64,000 bases of DNA from an uncultured Acidobacteriota bacterium (GCA_963713825.1 CAVQNG010000025.1:832001-896000), one strand, 5' to 3'. Positions 27,538-37,044 are shown, counted from the first letter of the stretch. Numbers and translations are program-made. The notes: generated by a model not told the origin, from the letters alone.

Positions 27538-27860
27538 TCGAGGGTGGTAGATCGGGCCATGGGTCTCCCTCGTCGGAGGGGCATGGTCGGGTGAGGCCGC
27601 AGACGGGGGAGATCCATGGTTCGATCGGCCGTCTCGACCCTCAAACCCCCAAAGGCCGGCTGGAGCAAGCGACAGCCGCCTCAACCCCAAGCCCTCAAAG
27701 AACACCCGGCGGTGAGCCGGGTGCCTCAACCTGGAACGAGGCACCGTTCATCCGAGCGAGCTCCCGTGAGAGCTCGCTCAAAAGGACGGTGCTGTAGAGA
27801 AAGGGCTCCAGCGCCCCTCGGCGGGTCAAGCCCACACCGAGGGACGGCTGAAGCTGAGGT
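27538..27860 (+). ncRNA. Highly structured non-coding segment resembling an IS110-family non-coding end (no transposase present)
   Basis: Stems at 27550-27574/27602-27626 (25 bp, 4 G.U), 27659-66/27805-12, 27703-10/27716-23, 27741-49/27784-92, 27754-63/27770-79 and 27815-21/27837-43. The IS110 resemblance is recalled pattern recognition and has not been searched. Confidence 0.45.
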
Positions 27861-27882
27861 GGACGGCGGAGTATCGGCCCGA

Positions 27883-29313
27883 CTAGTTGGCTCCGACCGT
27901 CTCCTCGAAGGCTCTGGCACCCCAGCCGAAGGCCTCCTCATTGAGCTCGATCATGGCGCAGTTGTGTCGCAGCGCCTGTCGAACGGACGTCAGGAAGGTC
28001 TCCTTGGGGAACAATTGGGTCGCAGCCTGCAGGGCTCCCAGTGCTACGACGTTTTTCACTTTGGCGGCGCCCAGATCCATGGCGATCTCGGTGCATGGGA
28101 CTCCAACCATCGTTACCGATGGATCGAGCTCTGGCGGCTCCGCAATGACGGAGCTGTCGTAGACGACCGTGCCGCCAGGCAGGACGGTGGGTCCGAACTT
28201 CTCCAAGCTGGGGGCGTTGAAGGCGACCAGCAGGTGGGGTCTCGGAGCTGCGGGAGACAGCACTTCTTCGTTGGCGACGTGCACGTCGGCATAGGAGGTG
28301 CCGCCCCGGGACTCCGGCCCATAGCTGGGGATGTGCGTGGAGTCGAATCCTTCGGTCACCGCTGCCTTGGCGATGAGCATCGCCGCGGTCTGAGCCCCGT
28401 CGCCGCCGGCGCCTGCCAGTTTGAGGCCAATGTCGTGCTCGTCGATGTGGACCGGAAACCCCTCGCAGTGGCGCTCGACCGCTGCCGATGTGGCACCGAC
28501 CACCTCGACGATCCGGTCCGGTTCGAAGCTCGGTTTGTCGAGGTGGAACCAGGGGTCGTTGTCCAGATCCTTCTTGACGCCGAGTGGGAAGATGGGTTCC
28601 ATGTTCTCCCTAACCCATTTCTCCGTTTCGACAGGAGTCAACTTGAGATGGGTCGGGCACTCCGCGAGGACCTCGACGAATCCCACACCCCGATTGTCGA
28701 TCTGACACTGCAGGGCCTTCTTGATGGCTTTCTTGGTCCGCATCCGGAGCTTGTTGTCGTACAGTGCGACGCGCTCGACGTAGACCGTGCCGTCGAGCAA
28801 GGCCATGGTCTCGGCAACCTTCATCGGTAGACCGGTGATGCGCTCGCGGCCCGCTGGCGTCGTGGCGCTCTTCTGACCCATCAGCGTGGTGGGGGCCATT
28901 TGACCGCCCGTCATCCCGTAGATGGCGTTGTTGACGAAGATGACGGTGAGGGGAATGCCCATTTGCGCCGCCTGGACGATTTCCGCGATGCCGATAGAAG
29001 CAAGGTCGCCATCTCCCTGGTAGCTGATCAGGACCGCGTCCGGATTGGCAACCTTGTGGCCAATGGCGACGGCCGGAGCCCGACCATGAGCGGCCTGGGT
29101 ATTGCCGACGTCCAGGTAGTAGTACATGAATACGCTACAGCCGACAGGAGAGACCGCGATCGTGCGATCCTGGATCTCCAGCTCGGCGATGCACTCGGCG
29201 AGGTACTTCTGGATCAACCCGTGACCACAGCCGGGGCAATAGTGGGTGCTCTGCCCTTTGAGTCCCTCGCCATGGGAGTGACGTTCGAACTTCTCATAGA
29301 AGACGTTGCTCAT
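27883..29313 (-). CDS. 2-oxoacid:ferredoxin oxidoreductase, fused beta-gamma subunit (VOR-like)
   Basis: Beta part: HYCPGCGHG, PVGCS, AHGRAPA, GDGDLAS..NNAIYGMTGGQ. Gamma part: GAGGDG, PSYGPESRGGTS, KNVVALGAL. Confidence 0.92.
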   Translation of the reverse strand: MSNVFYEKFERHSHGEGLKGQSTHYCPGCGHGLIQKYLAECIAELEIQDRTIAVSPVGCSVFMYYYLDVGNTQAAHGRAPAVAIGHKVANPDAVLISYQGDGDLASIGIAEIVQAAQMGIPLTVIFVNNAIYGMTGGQMAPTTLMGQKSATTPAGRERITGLPMKVAETMALLDGTVYVERVALYDNKLRMRTKKAIKKALQCQIDNRGVGFVEVLAECPTHLKLTPVETEKWVRENMEPIFPLGVKKDLDNDPWFHLDKPSFEPDRIVEVVGATSAAVERHCEGFPVHIDEHDIGLKLAGAGGDGAQTAAMLIAKAAVTEGFDSTHIPSYGPESRGGTSYADVHVANEEVLSPAAPRPHLLVAFNAPSLEKFGPTVLPGGTVVYDSSVIAEPPELDPSVTMVGVPCTEIAMDLGAAKVKNVVALGALQAATQLFPKETFLTSVRQALRHNCAMIELNEEAFGWGARAFEETVGAN

Positions 29314-30716
29314 GCTGCCACCTCCAGGAGTGAGGTGAGTTTGTCGACAATCTCCTCGAGTGACGGCAGGATGCCGCCGAAGTGTCGGACATTCTCGATC
29401 CGAGGGTCACCAATGCCGGCGTGGCTCAAGGCGAGCCGCAGTTCGTCTTCGAGCTGCCCATTGCTACCTTCCACGACAAGCAGGCCTTCGACGTTGTCGA
29501 TGATGCCGGTCAGGGCGTCGATGGGGAAGGGCCATAGAGTGATCGGACGGAAGAGGCCGGCCTTGATCCCTTCCTGCCGCAGCTTCTGGACCGCACCCTT
29601 GGCCATCCGGGCCGGTGTGTTGCAGGCCACGATCAGCCAGTCGGCGTCGTCGCATTGGTAGAGATCGGCCCGCTGTTCCGCCGCTGCCATCCGCTCGTAC
29701 TTCTCGTTGAGGTGGATGTTGTGAGCTTCGAGATCGGGCTCGGAGAGGAAGATCGAGCTGATGAGATTACCGCGATGCATCTCGTCTCCCCAGACCGCCC
29801 ACTCCGGAAGACCCGGCTTGACCATCGAGTCGGGGAGCGTCACCCGCCCGGTCATCTGCCCCAGGTAACCGTCACCGGCGATGACCACGGGATGGCGGTA
29901 CTTGAACGCCAGTTCGAAGGCCAGCATGGCCATCTCGAGCATTTCTTGTGGCGTCGATGGTGCAAGCACCGGTGCGTGCGTATTGCCATGCCCGAGGCCG
30001 CGACAGAGCAGCTTGATGTCGGCCTGTTCGGGTGCGATGTTCCCCAGGCCCGGGCCGCCTCGCATGACGTCCACGATGACGCCCGGGACTTCGGCTCCGA
30101 TCATGTAGGAGATGCCCTCCACCATGAGGCTGAAGCCAGGCGAGGAGGTGAAGGTCATGCAGCGCATCCCGGCGCCACCGCAGCCGTACATCATGTTGAT
30201 GGTCGCGACTTCGCTAACCGCCTGAATGAACACGCCATCGATTTCGGGCAGCAGCTTGGCCATCAGCTCCGCTCCCTCGGTCGAAGGCGTGATGGGGTAG
30301 CCGAAGAAGTGGCGACAGCCGGCGAGGATGGCGCCGATCGACGCAGCGTGATTGCCCTTCAGAACGAGAGGCTCCAGGGCGGGCAACGGAACTCGCTCGT
30401 CGGGAATGGCGACCGGCTCCTGGTGGGCCGTCGTCTCTTTCGGGCCGAAGAGCTTCGCCGGGTCGAACATCTCGGTCTCGAACTCGTTGGGCACGGGGGC
30501 CAGGCCGAAAGGCTCGGGACAGGCACTGAAGCAGAGACCGCAGCCAGAACAGGCTTCGAGATCGAGGACGATCGGTGTGAAGCCGGTTGAGGGTTCGATT
30601 TCGGTGCCCAGTGTGATGCAGCCCTTGGGACAGGCGTCGATGCACCGTCCACAGGCCTTGCAGAACTGCGGCATGACGTAGGGTTTGGGTCGGGTTTTGG
30701 GGTTTTCGGTAGGCAT
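29310..30716 (-). CDS. 2-oxoacid:ferredoxin oxidoreductase, fused ferredoxin(delta)-alpha subunit
   Basis: Two [4Fe-4S] motifs (CKACGRCIDACP, CSGCGLCFSACP), plus GYPITPSTE, TSSPGFSL and RGGPGLG. RBS GAGGAG before ATG 30716; ATGA overlap with the beta-gamma gene. Confidence 0.92.
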   Translation of the reverse strand: MPTENPKTRPKPYVMPQFCKACGRCIDACPKGCITLGTEIEPSTGFTPIVLDLEACSGCGLCFSACPEPFGLAPVPNEFETEMFDPAKLFGPKETTAHQEPVAIPDERVPLPALEPLVLKGNHAASIGAILAGCRHFFGYPITPSTEGAELMAKLLPEIDGVFIQAVSEVATINMMYGCGGAGMRCMTFTSSPGFSLMVEGISYMIGAEVPGVIVDVMRGGPGLGNIAPEQADIKLLCRGLGHGNTHAPVLAPSTPQEMLEMAMLAFELAFKYRHPVVIAGDGYLGQMTGRVTLPDSMVKPGLPEWAVWGDEMHRGNLISSIFLSEPDLEAHNIHLNEKYERMAAAEQRADLYQCDDADWLIVACNTPARMAKGAVQKLRQEGIKAGLFRPITLWPFPIDALTGIIDNVEGLLVVEGSNGQLEDELRLALSHAGIGDPRIENVRHFGGILPSLEEIVDKLTSLLEVAA

Positions 30717-30850
30717 AACACTCCTCTTCAGATCTTGCAGGAGTCCGCTAGAAACGGCGCGCTTGAATCGTCGGGCCGACGAGGTGGAGCGCCTTCGGAG
30801 CACTCGCGAAAAGCATGCACGACACGGCGGTTTTCGCCAATACCCGATGA

Positions 30851-30866
30851 GGTGGGACGTCCCACC
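30851..30866. promoter_or_regulatory. Perfect 16-bp palindrome, candidate operator upstream of the oxidoreductase operon
   Basis: GGTGGGACGTCCCACC lies in the 191-bp intergenic region, about 135 nt upstream of the ATG at 30716. Confidence 0.4.
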
Positions 30867-30907
30867 CACCTGTAGGGGTGGCCGCGGTTTTCAGTACGAG
30901 AAATGGT

Positions 30908-31453
30908 CTACATGAAGCCGAGCTGCAGCCGCGCAGCGTCGGTCATCATGTTGGGGTTCCAGGGCGGGTCGAAGACGATTTCGACCTCGGTCTCTTCGAT
31001 GCCGGAGATCGCTTCGAGGCGAGCGCGGACATCTTCGGCCAACACAGGTCCCATACCGCAACCAGGGGCTGTGAGAGTCATCTTGATCTCGACTCGGAAG
31101 CCGCCTTCCGACCGGTCTTCGACCTGGCAGTTGTAGATCAGCCCCAAGTCGACGATATTGACCGGTATCTCGGGATCGAAGCACTTCTTCATTTCCGACC
31201 AGATGAGCTGTTCGAGAGACTCCGCGTCAGCTGGAGCGGCCGCTGCGCTGGCGCTCTCCACCGGCTCTTTGCCGAGTGCATCGGCGTTGCGCTCGTCGAT
31301 GCGATACATGGCACCTCGATCGGTCATGACGGTAAAGCTACCGCCCAGGCTCTGGGTGATGAGAACCTTGGTCCCCTCCGGTATCGTTACCGGTGAACCG
31401 TCGGGAATCTGGATCGCCCCGACCTCCCGTTGGATGCTCACTTCTTCGTACAT
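30908..31453 (-). CDS. sufT: Fe-S cluster assembly protein SufT (DUF59)
   Basis: N-terminal extension ITQSLGGSFTV..RIDERNADALG, then FDPEIPVNIVDLGLIY, MTLTAPGCGMG and PPWNPNMM..AARLQLG. An extended -10 (TGCTATACT) lies upstream. Confidence 0.92.
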   Translation of the reverse strand: MYEEVSIQREVGAIQIPDGSPVTIPEGTKVLITQSLGGSFTVMTDRGAMYRIDERNADALGKEPVESASAAAAPADAESLEQLIWSEMKKCFDPEIPVNIVDLGLIYNCQVEDRSEGGFRVEIKMTLTAPGCGMGPVLAEDVRARLEAISGIEETEVEIVFDPPWNPNMMTDAARLQLGFM

Positions 31454-31553
31454 ACGGTCTGTCCTCGCCGCTGACCCCGGGTCCATCTAGACGCCTTATC
31501 GAGGCAGGATGCCGGAGTATAGCAACCGCAGCGTGCCGGAGCAGACGGCGCTC

Positions 31554-32804
31554 TCAACGGTCCAAGTGGGGGGCGGGCACGAGGGGAACTCCCAGCTCCT
31601 CGATCCGAGAGTAGCCGGCCTGGGCGAGGGCCTCGAGGAGCTGCTCGATGTGCTGTCGGTTCTTGACCTCCAGGGTGAGCTCGACGTCGACCTGCCAGAA
31701 GGCTGTTTCGGTAAAGACGCGATTGTGGAGAATGTGGAGGACGTTGGCTTCTCGTTCGGCGACGACGGCCAGCATCCGCGCCAACCCCCCTGGACGGTCC
31801 TTGACCGTGATTCCCAGCCTTACGAGTCGATGCTGCTTGAGCAACGAGCGCTCGATAATCCGCCCGAGGATGTTGAGATCGATATTGGCGCCGCAGAGAA
31901 TGACCACCACCTTCTTGCCGGCGAGCTGGGGAAATCTCCCATTGCGAATGGCGCAGTAGCCAGCCGCGCCTGCTCCCTCGGCCAGGCTCTTGCCGGTCTC
32001 CAGCAGCTCGTAGACGGCCCCCTCGATCTCGGCCTCCGAGACGAGCTCGATGCCATCGACCAGTCGACGGATGATGGGGAAGGTCAAATCGCCGGGCTTC
32101 TTGAGGGTGATGCCCTCGGCGATCGTCGGTGTGACCTCCGAGGAGCGCCACTCTCCGGCGTCGAAGCTCTGCTTCATGGCGGGCGCTGCCTCACTCTGCA
32201 CACCGTAGATCTCGACATCAGGTCGTTGTGCCTTGACGGCGGTAGCGATACCGGAGATCAGCCCGCCACCGCCGATGGGTGAGACGATGGCTTCCAAGTC
32301 GGGAACCTGCTCGAGAATCTCGAGGCCGACGGTACCTTGACCCGCGATCACGGCCGCATCGTCGAAGGGGTGCACGAACGTCATGCCCCTCTGCTCCTCG
32401 AGCTCGCGGGCTCGCCCCAGCGACTCATCCAGGTTCTGACCATGCAGTTCGACGCTGGCCCCGAGCTCCTGTGTACGAGTGATCTTGACCAGAGGTGTGC
32501 TTTCCGGCATCACGATCAGTGCATCGACTCCGACCACCCCGGCCGCATAGGCCAAGCCCTGGGCATGATTGCCAGCCGAAGCGGCAATGACACCTCTCGA
32601 TCGCTCCTCCTGGTTGAGCGTGAGAATGCGGTTCAAGGCTCCCCGGGGTTTGAAGGAACCAGTGCGCTGCAGTGTCTCGTACTTGAGAAACAGGTGGACG
32701 CCGCACCGTTCCGAGAGGGCCTCGGACTCGAGGCAGGGTGTCTCCTTGATGGCTCCCTCCGAGAGTCGGGAGCGAGCGTCGAGAATATGGCGGAGCTCGA
32801 TCAT
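31554..32804 (-). CDS. ilvA: Threonine ammonia-lyase with C-terminal ACT domain
   Basis: Motifs LQRTGSFKPRGA (PLP lysine), ASAGNHAQG, HPFDD..VIAGQGT, PIGGGGL, GANID and ACT motif DRPGGL. Confidence 0.9.
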   Translation of the reverse strand: MIELRHILDARSRLSEGAIKETPCLESEALSERCGVHLFLKYETLQRTGSFKPRGALNRILTLNQEERSRGVIAASAGNHAQGLAYAAGVVGVDALIVMPESTPLVKITRTQELGASVELHGQNLDESLGRARELEEQRGMTFVHPFDDAAVIAGQGTVGLEILEQVPDLEAIVSPIGGGGLISGIATAVKAQRPDVEIYGVQSEAAPAMKQSFDAGEWRSSEVTPTIAEGITLKKPGDLTFPIIRRLVDGIELVSEAEIEGAVYELLETGKSLAEGAGAAGYCAIRNGRFPQLAGKKVVVILCGANIDLNILGRIIERSLLKQHRLVRLGITVKDRPGGLARMLAVVAEREANVLHILHNRVFTETAFWQVDVELTLEVKNRQHIEQLLEALAQAGYSRIEELGVPLVPAPHLDR

Positions 32805-32892
32805 GGCAAATCTCACAGTTCTCAGTTTCCCCGGTGGGGCAGAATCAGCAATACTGGAAACGTATCAGACCGCCCCGGAAGGAACGCAATCG

Positions 32893-34749
32893 ATGCTCCG
32901 AGTCCAACCACGCCGACGATTCGACTGGCTGCTGGGTGGCTTCCTACTTTTGGCAGTGCCGTGTGTCTCCTGGGCGGGGGTTCATACGCCGCTGGGCACC
33001 CAGGGCCCACTGACCTTTCCGATTCAGGCTCCTGGCGAGTGCTTCAACTGCCACGCAGACTACGACCCGGATCACATAGAGCCTTGGGATACCTGGGCCG
33101 GATCCATGATGGCGAACGCAGCTCGGGATCCGATCTTCTGGGCTGCCGTAGACGTGGCCAATCATGATGGAGCCGAGTTGGGGTTCGAGGGTGTGGGCGA
33201 GTTCTGCTTACGGTGCCACACACCATCGGGTTGGCTCGCGGGCCGAGCGAATGCGGGCAGCGGAGCCGATCCTGTCGGTGACGCGGATGGTTGTGGCTTG
33301 TCTGGTGATCTCGATGGGACCGACAACGACTTCTCCGGTCTCACCTGCCACTTCTGCCACCGAATGCAGATCAACGCCGATCCACCGGCCGGGCAGGATT
33401 CGGTCTATCTGGAGAATGCAAGTTTCTGGATCGACGACGAAATCTGCCCCACGACGATGCCCCCGGCACAAGAGCCCTGCCGTGCAGGTCCCTACAACTA
33501 CGACGGGTTGCCGCACCACTCCCTGCCGATGCACGAGTGGGCGTACTCCCAGTACGAAGTGAGCAACGACCTCTGCGGCAACTGTCACAACGTCACCAGC
33601 CCGTTGCTCAACCTGAAGGACGAGAGTGGCCAGGACACGGGAGTGCCCTTTCCGATCGAGCGCACCTTCAAGGAGTGGCAACAGAGCGCCCTGGGTGACA
33701 CGGGATCGCCGCAGTTCGAGAACTGCTCGGCGTGCCACATGCCCGATGCGACCCAGGATCCGGCTTGTGCATCGAGTCAGTGTCGGAACAACCGGACCGG
33801 AGACATGCCAATTCATCAGCTGGCGGGGGGCAACGCCTGGATCCCGCAGGTTCTCAAAGGGGAATATGGAGTCGGTCTCGATCGCGATGCCAGCTTCGAC
33901 GCTACAACGGAATGGGCTCTGGACCTCCTGCAGAACCAGTCGGCCGGTGTCGATGTCTCCGTGCCGACCGTGGTCGGGGCTGGCGAGGAGCTCGATTTCG
34001 TAGTCCGAGTCACCAATCTCACCGGCCACAAGCTGCCGACCGGCTACGGCGAGGGGCGCCGGATGTGGTTGCATGTGGTCATCCGGGACGGGGAGGGCAG
34101 TGAGATCTGGGAAAGCGGTGCCTGGAGCCCGAGCACCGGGGAGCTGAGCCGGGACGATCAGTTGCAGATCTACGAGGTGCGGCAAGGCATCTGGAACTAC
34201 AACGGAACCGGCGGATGTGACGTGGAGTCCGCCGCCACGGGCCACCACCTGTTCCACTTCGTGAAGAACGACTGTGTGGCGCTGGACAATCGAATTCCTC
34301 CGCTGGGATTCACCGGCGCGACCGATCTCGAGACCCAGCCAGTCGGATACGCCTACCCTGAGACCGCTCCCGGCTCCGGAATCCTGGTCAACTACGATGA
34401 CGTGGGTTACAAGGTGACGGTGCCTGAGTCGACTCCGTCGCCTGTGAGTGTGGAAGCGACCTTGCGGTACCAGACTGCCAGCAAGGAGTACATCGAATTT
34501 CTCCGCGACGAGGCGATTGACAACGACTTTCCCGACGATTGCATCCCTGGCAGCGGGGCCCAGGCTCTGGGCCTGAGCCGGGGAGAGTACCTCTATACAC
34601 TCTGGAACGATCCCAGCTACGGTCGGTCGCCGCCGGTCGACATGGCTGCCGATAGCGCTGCGGTGGAAGTGGTCGATGAGATCTTCGCTGATGGTTTCGA
34701 GAGCGGAGACTCCAGCGCCTGGAGCTCGTCGGTGCCCTTCAGTCCGTGA
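32893..34749 (+). CDS. Secreted pentaheme c-type cytochrome
   Basis: Signal peptide and five CxxCH motifs (CFNCH, CLRCH, CHFCH, CGNCH, CSACH). Also WAGSMMANAARDP, TGHKLPTG, DNRIPP and C-terminal IFADGFESGDSSAWS. Confidence 0.88.
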   Translation: MLRVQPRRRFDWLLGGFLLLAVPCVSWAGVHTPLGTQGPLTFPIQAPGECFNCHADYDPDHIEPWDTWAGSMMANAARDPIFWAAVDVANHDGAELGFEGVGEFCLRCHTPSGWLAGRANAGSGADPVGDADGCGLSGDLDGTDNDFSGLTCHFCHRMQINADPPAGQDSVYLENASFWIDDEICPTTMPPAQEPCRAGPYNYDGLPHHSLPMHEWAYSQYEVSNDLCGNCHNVTSPLLNLKDESGQDTGVPFPIERTFKEWQQSALGDTGSPQFENCSACHMPDATQDPACASSQCRNNRTGDMPIHQLAGGNAWIPQVLKGEYGVGLDRDASFDATTEWALDLLQNQSAGVDVSVPTVVGAGEELDFVVRVTNLTGHKLPTGYGEGRRMWLHVVIRDGEGSEIWESGAWSPSTGELSRDDQLQIYEVRQGIWNYNGTGGCDVESAATGHHLFHFVKNDCVALDNRIPPLGFTGATDLETQPVGYAYPETAPGSGILVNYDDVGYKVTVPESTPSPVSVEATLRYQTASKEYIEFLRDEAIDNDFPDDCIPGSGAQALGLSRGEYLYTLWNDPSYGRSPPVDMAADSAAVEVVDEIFADGFESGDSSAWSSSVPFSP

Positions 34750-34752
34750 CCT

Positions 34753-36402
34753 TCAACCGCTCGAAGCGAACGCGGCTTCGACAATCGACCGGGCTTCGGA
34801 CTGGATGCGTTCCAGGTGGTCCTGCCCCAGAAAGCTCTCGGCGTAGATCTTGTAGACCTCCTCGGTTCCCGAGGGTCGGGCGGCGAACCAGCCGTTGTGT
34901 GCCACTACCTTGAGACCACCGATCGGAGCGTCGTTGCCGGGTGCGTGGGTCAGGATGGCCTCGATGGGCTCGCCGGCCAATTCGTTTGCCGCGATTTGAT
35001 TCGGTGAGAGGTTCTTCAGGGCTTCTTTCTGCTCTGGTGTGGCAGGTGCGTCGATGCGTTCGTAGATCGGCTCGCCGAACTGCTCGGTGAGCTTCCCGTA
35101 GTACTCGCCAGGGTCCCGACCGCTTCTGGCCATGATCTCGGCGGCGAGCAAGTCGAGAATGAAGCCGTCCTTGTCGGTGGTCCAGACCTTGCCGTCAAAC
35201 CTCAGGAACGAGGCACCCGCGCTCTCTTCGCCGCCGAAGCCATAGCTGCCGTCCAGCAGTCCGTTGACGAACCATTTGAAGCCGACGGGCACCTCCTTCA
35301 GGGTCCTACCCAGGTGGGCCGTCAGCCGATCGATGATGCTGCTGCTGACCAGGGTCTTTCCCACGGCTGCCGTCGAGGGCCAGTCGGGGCGGTTCTGGAA
35401 CAGGTAGTCAATGGCGACTGCCAGGTAGTGGTTGGGATTCATCAGGCCGGCGCCTGGCGTCACGATGCCGTGACGATCGAAGTCGGGGTCATTCCCGAAG
35501 GCGATATCGAATCGGTCTTTCAGATCGATGAGCCCCGCCATGGCCGAGGGTGACGAGCAGTCCATCCGGATCTTGCCGTCGCGGTCCACCCGCATGAAGC
35601 GAAAAGTGGGGTCCACGTCTGGATTGACCACTGCGAGGTCCAACCCATATCGCTCCGCGATGGGCTCCCAGTAAGCGACCCCTGAGCCACCCATCGGGTC
35701 GGTACCGATCTTCAGTCCGGACAATCGGATAGCCTCCATATCCACCACGGTTCCCAGGTCGCCGACATAGCTCTCGATGTAGTCGTGCTCCTGAATGTTG
35801 GCTCTGGCCCTGGCCGTCTCGAAGGCGACGCGCTGGACCCCTCGGTTGCCTCCCCGCATGAGCTCGTTTGCTCGATCGGCGATCCAGCTGGTGACCTGGG
35901 TATCGGCAGGACCGCCATGAGGCGGGTTGTACTTGAAGCCGCCGTCGTCCGGCGGATTGTGCGAGGGAGTGATCACGATGCCGTCGGCGAGACCGCTCTG
36001 ACGATCTCGATTGTGGGTCAAGATGGCGTGCGAGATGACCGGAGTCGGCGTGTAGCCCTCATCCCGTGCCACACGAACCTCCACGTCGTTGGCGGCCAGA
36101 ACCTCCAGTGCCGTCATCTGTGCGGGGGTCGACAGGGCATGGGTGTCGCGGCCCAGGAAGAGGGGCCCGTCGATGCCCTGGAGGCGCCGATACTCGGCAA
36201 TAGCCTGGCTGATGGCCAGGATGTGGGCCTCATTGAAGCTGTGTCGCAGCGAGGAGCCCCGGTGTCCTGACGTCCCGAAGGCCACGAGCTGCCCGGCCGA
36301 GGCTGGGTCGGGTCGGTAGGAGTAGTAGGCGGCGATCAGTGATGGAACATCCACCAGCAGCGAAGCTGGTGCCGGCTGGCCGGCAAGATCATGCAATGAC
36401 AC
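34753..36402 (-). CDS. pgm: Phosphoglucomutase
   Basis: Motifs [18 protein letters not shown] (phospho-Ser), [31 protein letters not shown]. Confidence 0.96.
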   Translation of the reverse strand: MSLHDLAGQPAPASLLVDVPSLIAAYYSYRPDPASAGQLVAFGTSGHRGSSLRHSFNEAHILAISQAIAEYRRLQGIDGPLFLGRDTHALSTPAQMTALEVLAANDVEVRVARDEGYTPTPVISHAILTHNRDRQSGLADGIVITPSHNPPDDGGFKYNPPHGGPADTQVTSWIADRANELMRGGNRGVQRVAFETARARANIQEHDYIESYVGDLGTVVDMEAIRLSGLKIGTDPMGGSGVAYWEPIAERYGLDLAVVNPDVDPTFRFMRVDRDGKIRMDCSSPSAMAGLIDLKDRFDIAFGNDPDFDRHGIVTPGAGLMNPNHYLAVAIDYLFQNRPDWPSTAAVGKTLVSSSIIDRLTAHLGRTLKEVPVGFKWFVNGLLDGSYGFGGEESAGASFLRFDGKVWTTDKDGFILDLLAAEIMARSGRDPGEYYGKLTEQFGEPIYERIDAPATPEQKEALKNLSPNQIAANELAGEPIEAILTHAPGNDAPIGGLKVVAHNGWFAARPSGTEEVYKIYAESFLGQDHLERIQSEARSIVEAAFASSG

Positions 36403-36531
36403 AGGGAATCCTCCCTAGAGCGTGCGCTCATGTCGATGAAGTAATAAACTAGTGGCAACCGCTCGTTGATTCAACTCAATGCCAACGGAACTCGTGACAA
36501 AAGGGAATCTGTCATCTTTGGAGGTGCTCGA

Positions 36532-37020
36532 ATGAAACCGAATCTGAAGCTCTATGTCGTGTTGGTCGTCTTTGCTCTTATGGCGATGCCCAGTCTGGCC
36601 CAGAAGACCCCACCCAGCATGGTCGCCGCCTACGACTCGCTGGCCACGATCATTCTGAGCGTACCGCAAGCCGAGGAGGACCTGGTCAGAGCGATTCTGG
36701 ACGGTCACTATCACGGTGCCAAGGCCTATATGAAGCAGGGCATGTACAACGAAGCCGCCGCGGAGATGGCGTTGTTCGCCAGCGAGGGTGACAACGCGGT
36801 GGCGGGAATCCGCAAAAGATTGGTCGAAGGTGGGCACCACCACAACGCGGCTGGTGAAGAGCAAGGCATCTATGAAGAAGGCTATGTGTTGGTGACCCGG
36901 GAGGCCAAGAAGGAAATGTTGGCTGCCTCGACGGCCTTGCGTCAAGCCAAGGATGATGTCGCACGGGAGGCAGCCTGGAAAGAGTTTGCCGCCTTTGCCG
37001 AGGAAACCCTGGCTGAGTAA
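36532..37020 (+). CDS. Hypothetical secreted helical protein with His clusters
   Basis: RBS GGAGGT, signal peptide (ending ..PSLA-Q), and GHYHG and GGHHHN motifs. Confidence 0.75.
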   Translation: MKPNLKLYVVLVVFALMAMPSLAQKTPPSMVAAYDSLATIILSVPQAEEDLVRAILDGHYHGAKAYMKQGMYNEAAAEMALFASEGDNAVAGIRKRLVEGGHHHNAAGEEQGIYEEGYVLVTREAKKEMLAASTALRQAKDDVAREAAWKEFAAFAEETLAE

Positions 37021-37044
37021 GGCCGGCATCCCAAGCAAGCAGTA

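Noticed and set aside
27528-27556. TTGACA as the promoter of the structured RNA segment
   Set aside because: There is no acceptable -10 at 16-18 nt spacing (TAGATC is only 14 nt away). It could be an IS-end -35, but nothing supports that yet.
32569-32892. Long N-terminal extensions in the ORF track (cytochrome from 32569, oxidoreductase from 30869, sulfatase from 2651, permease from 39619, RsbW from 62413)
   Set aside because: They overlap neighbouring genes or promoters. Downstream starts fit the RBS, -10 element, signal peptide or family N-terminus better.
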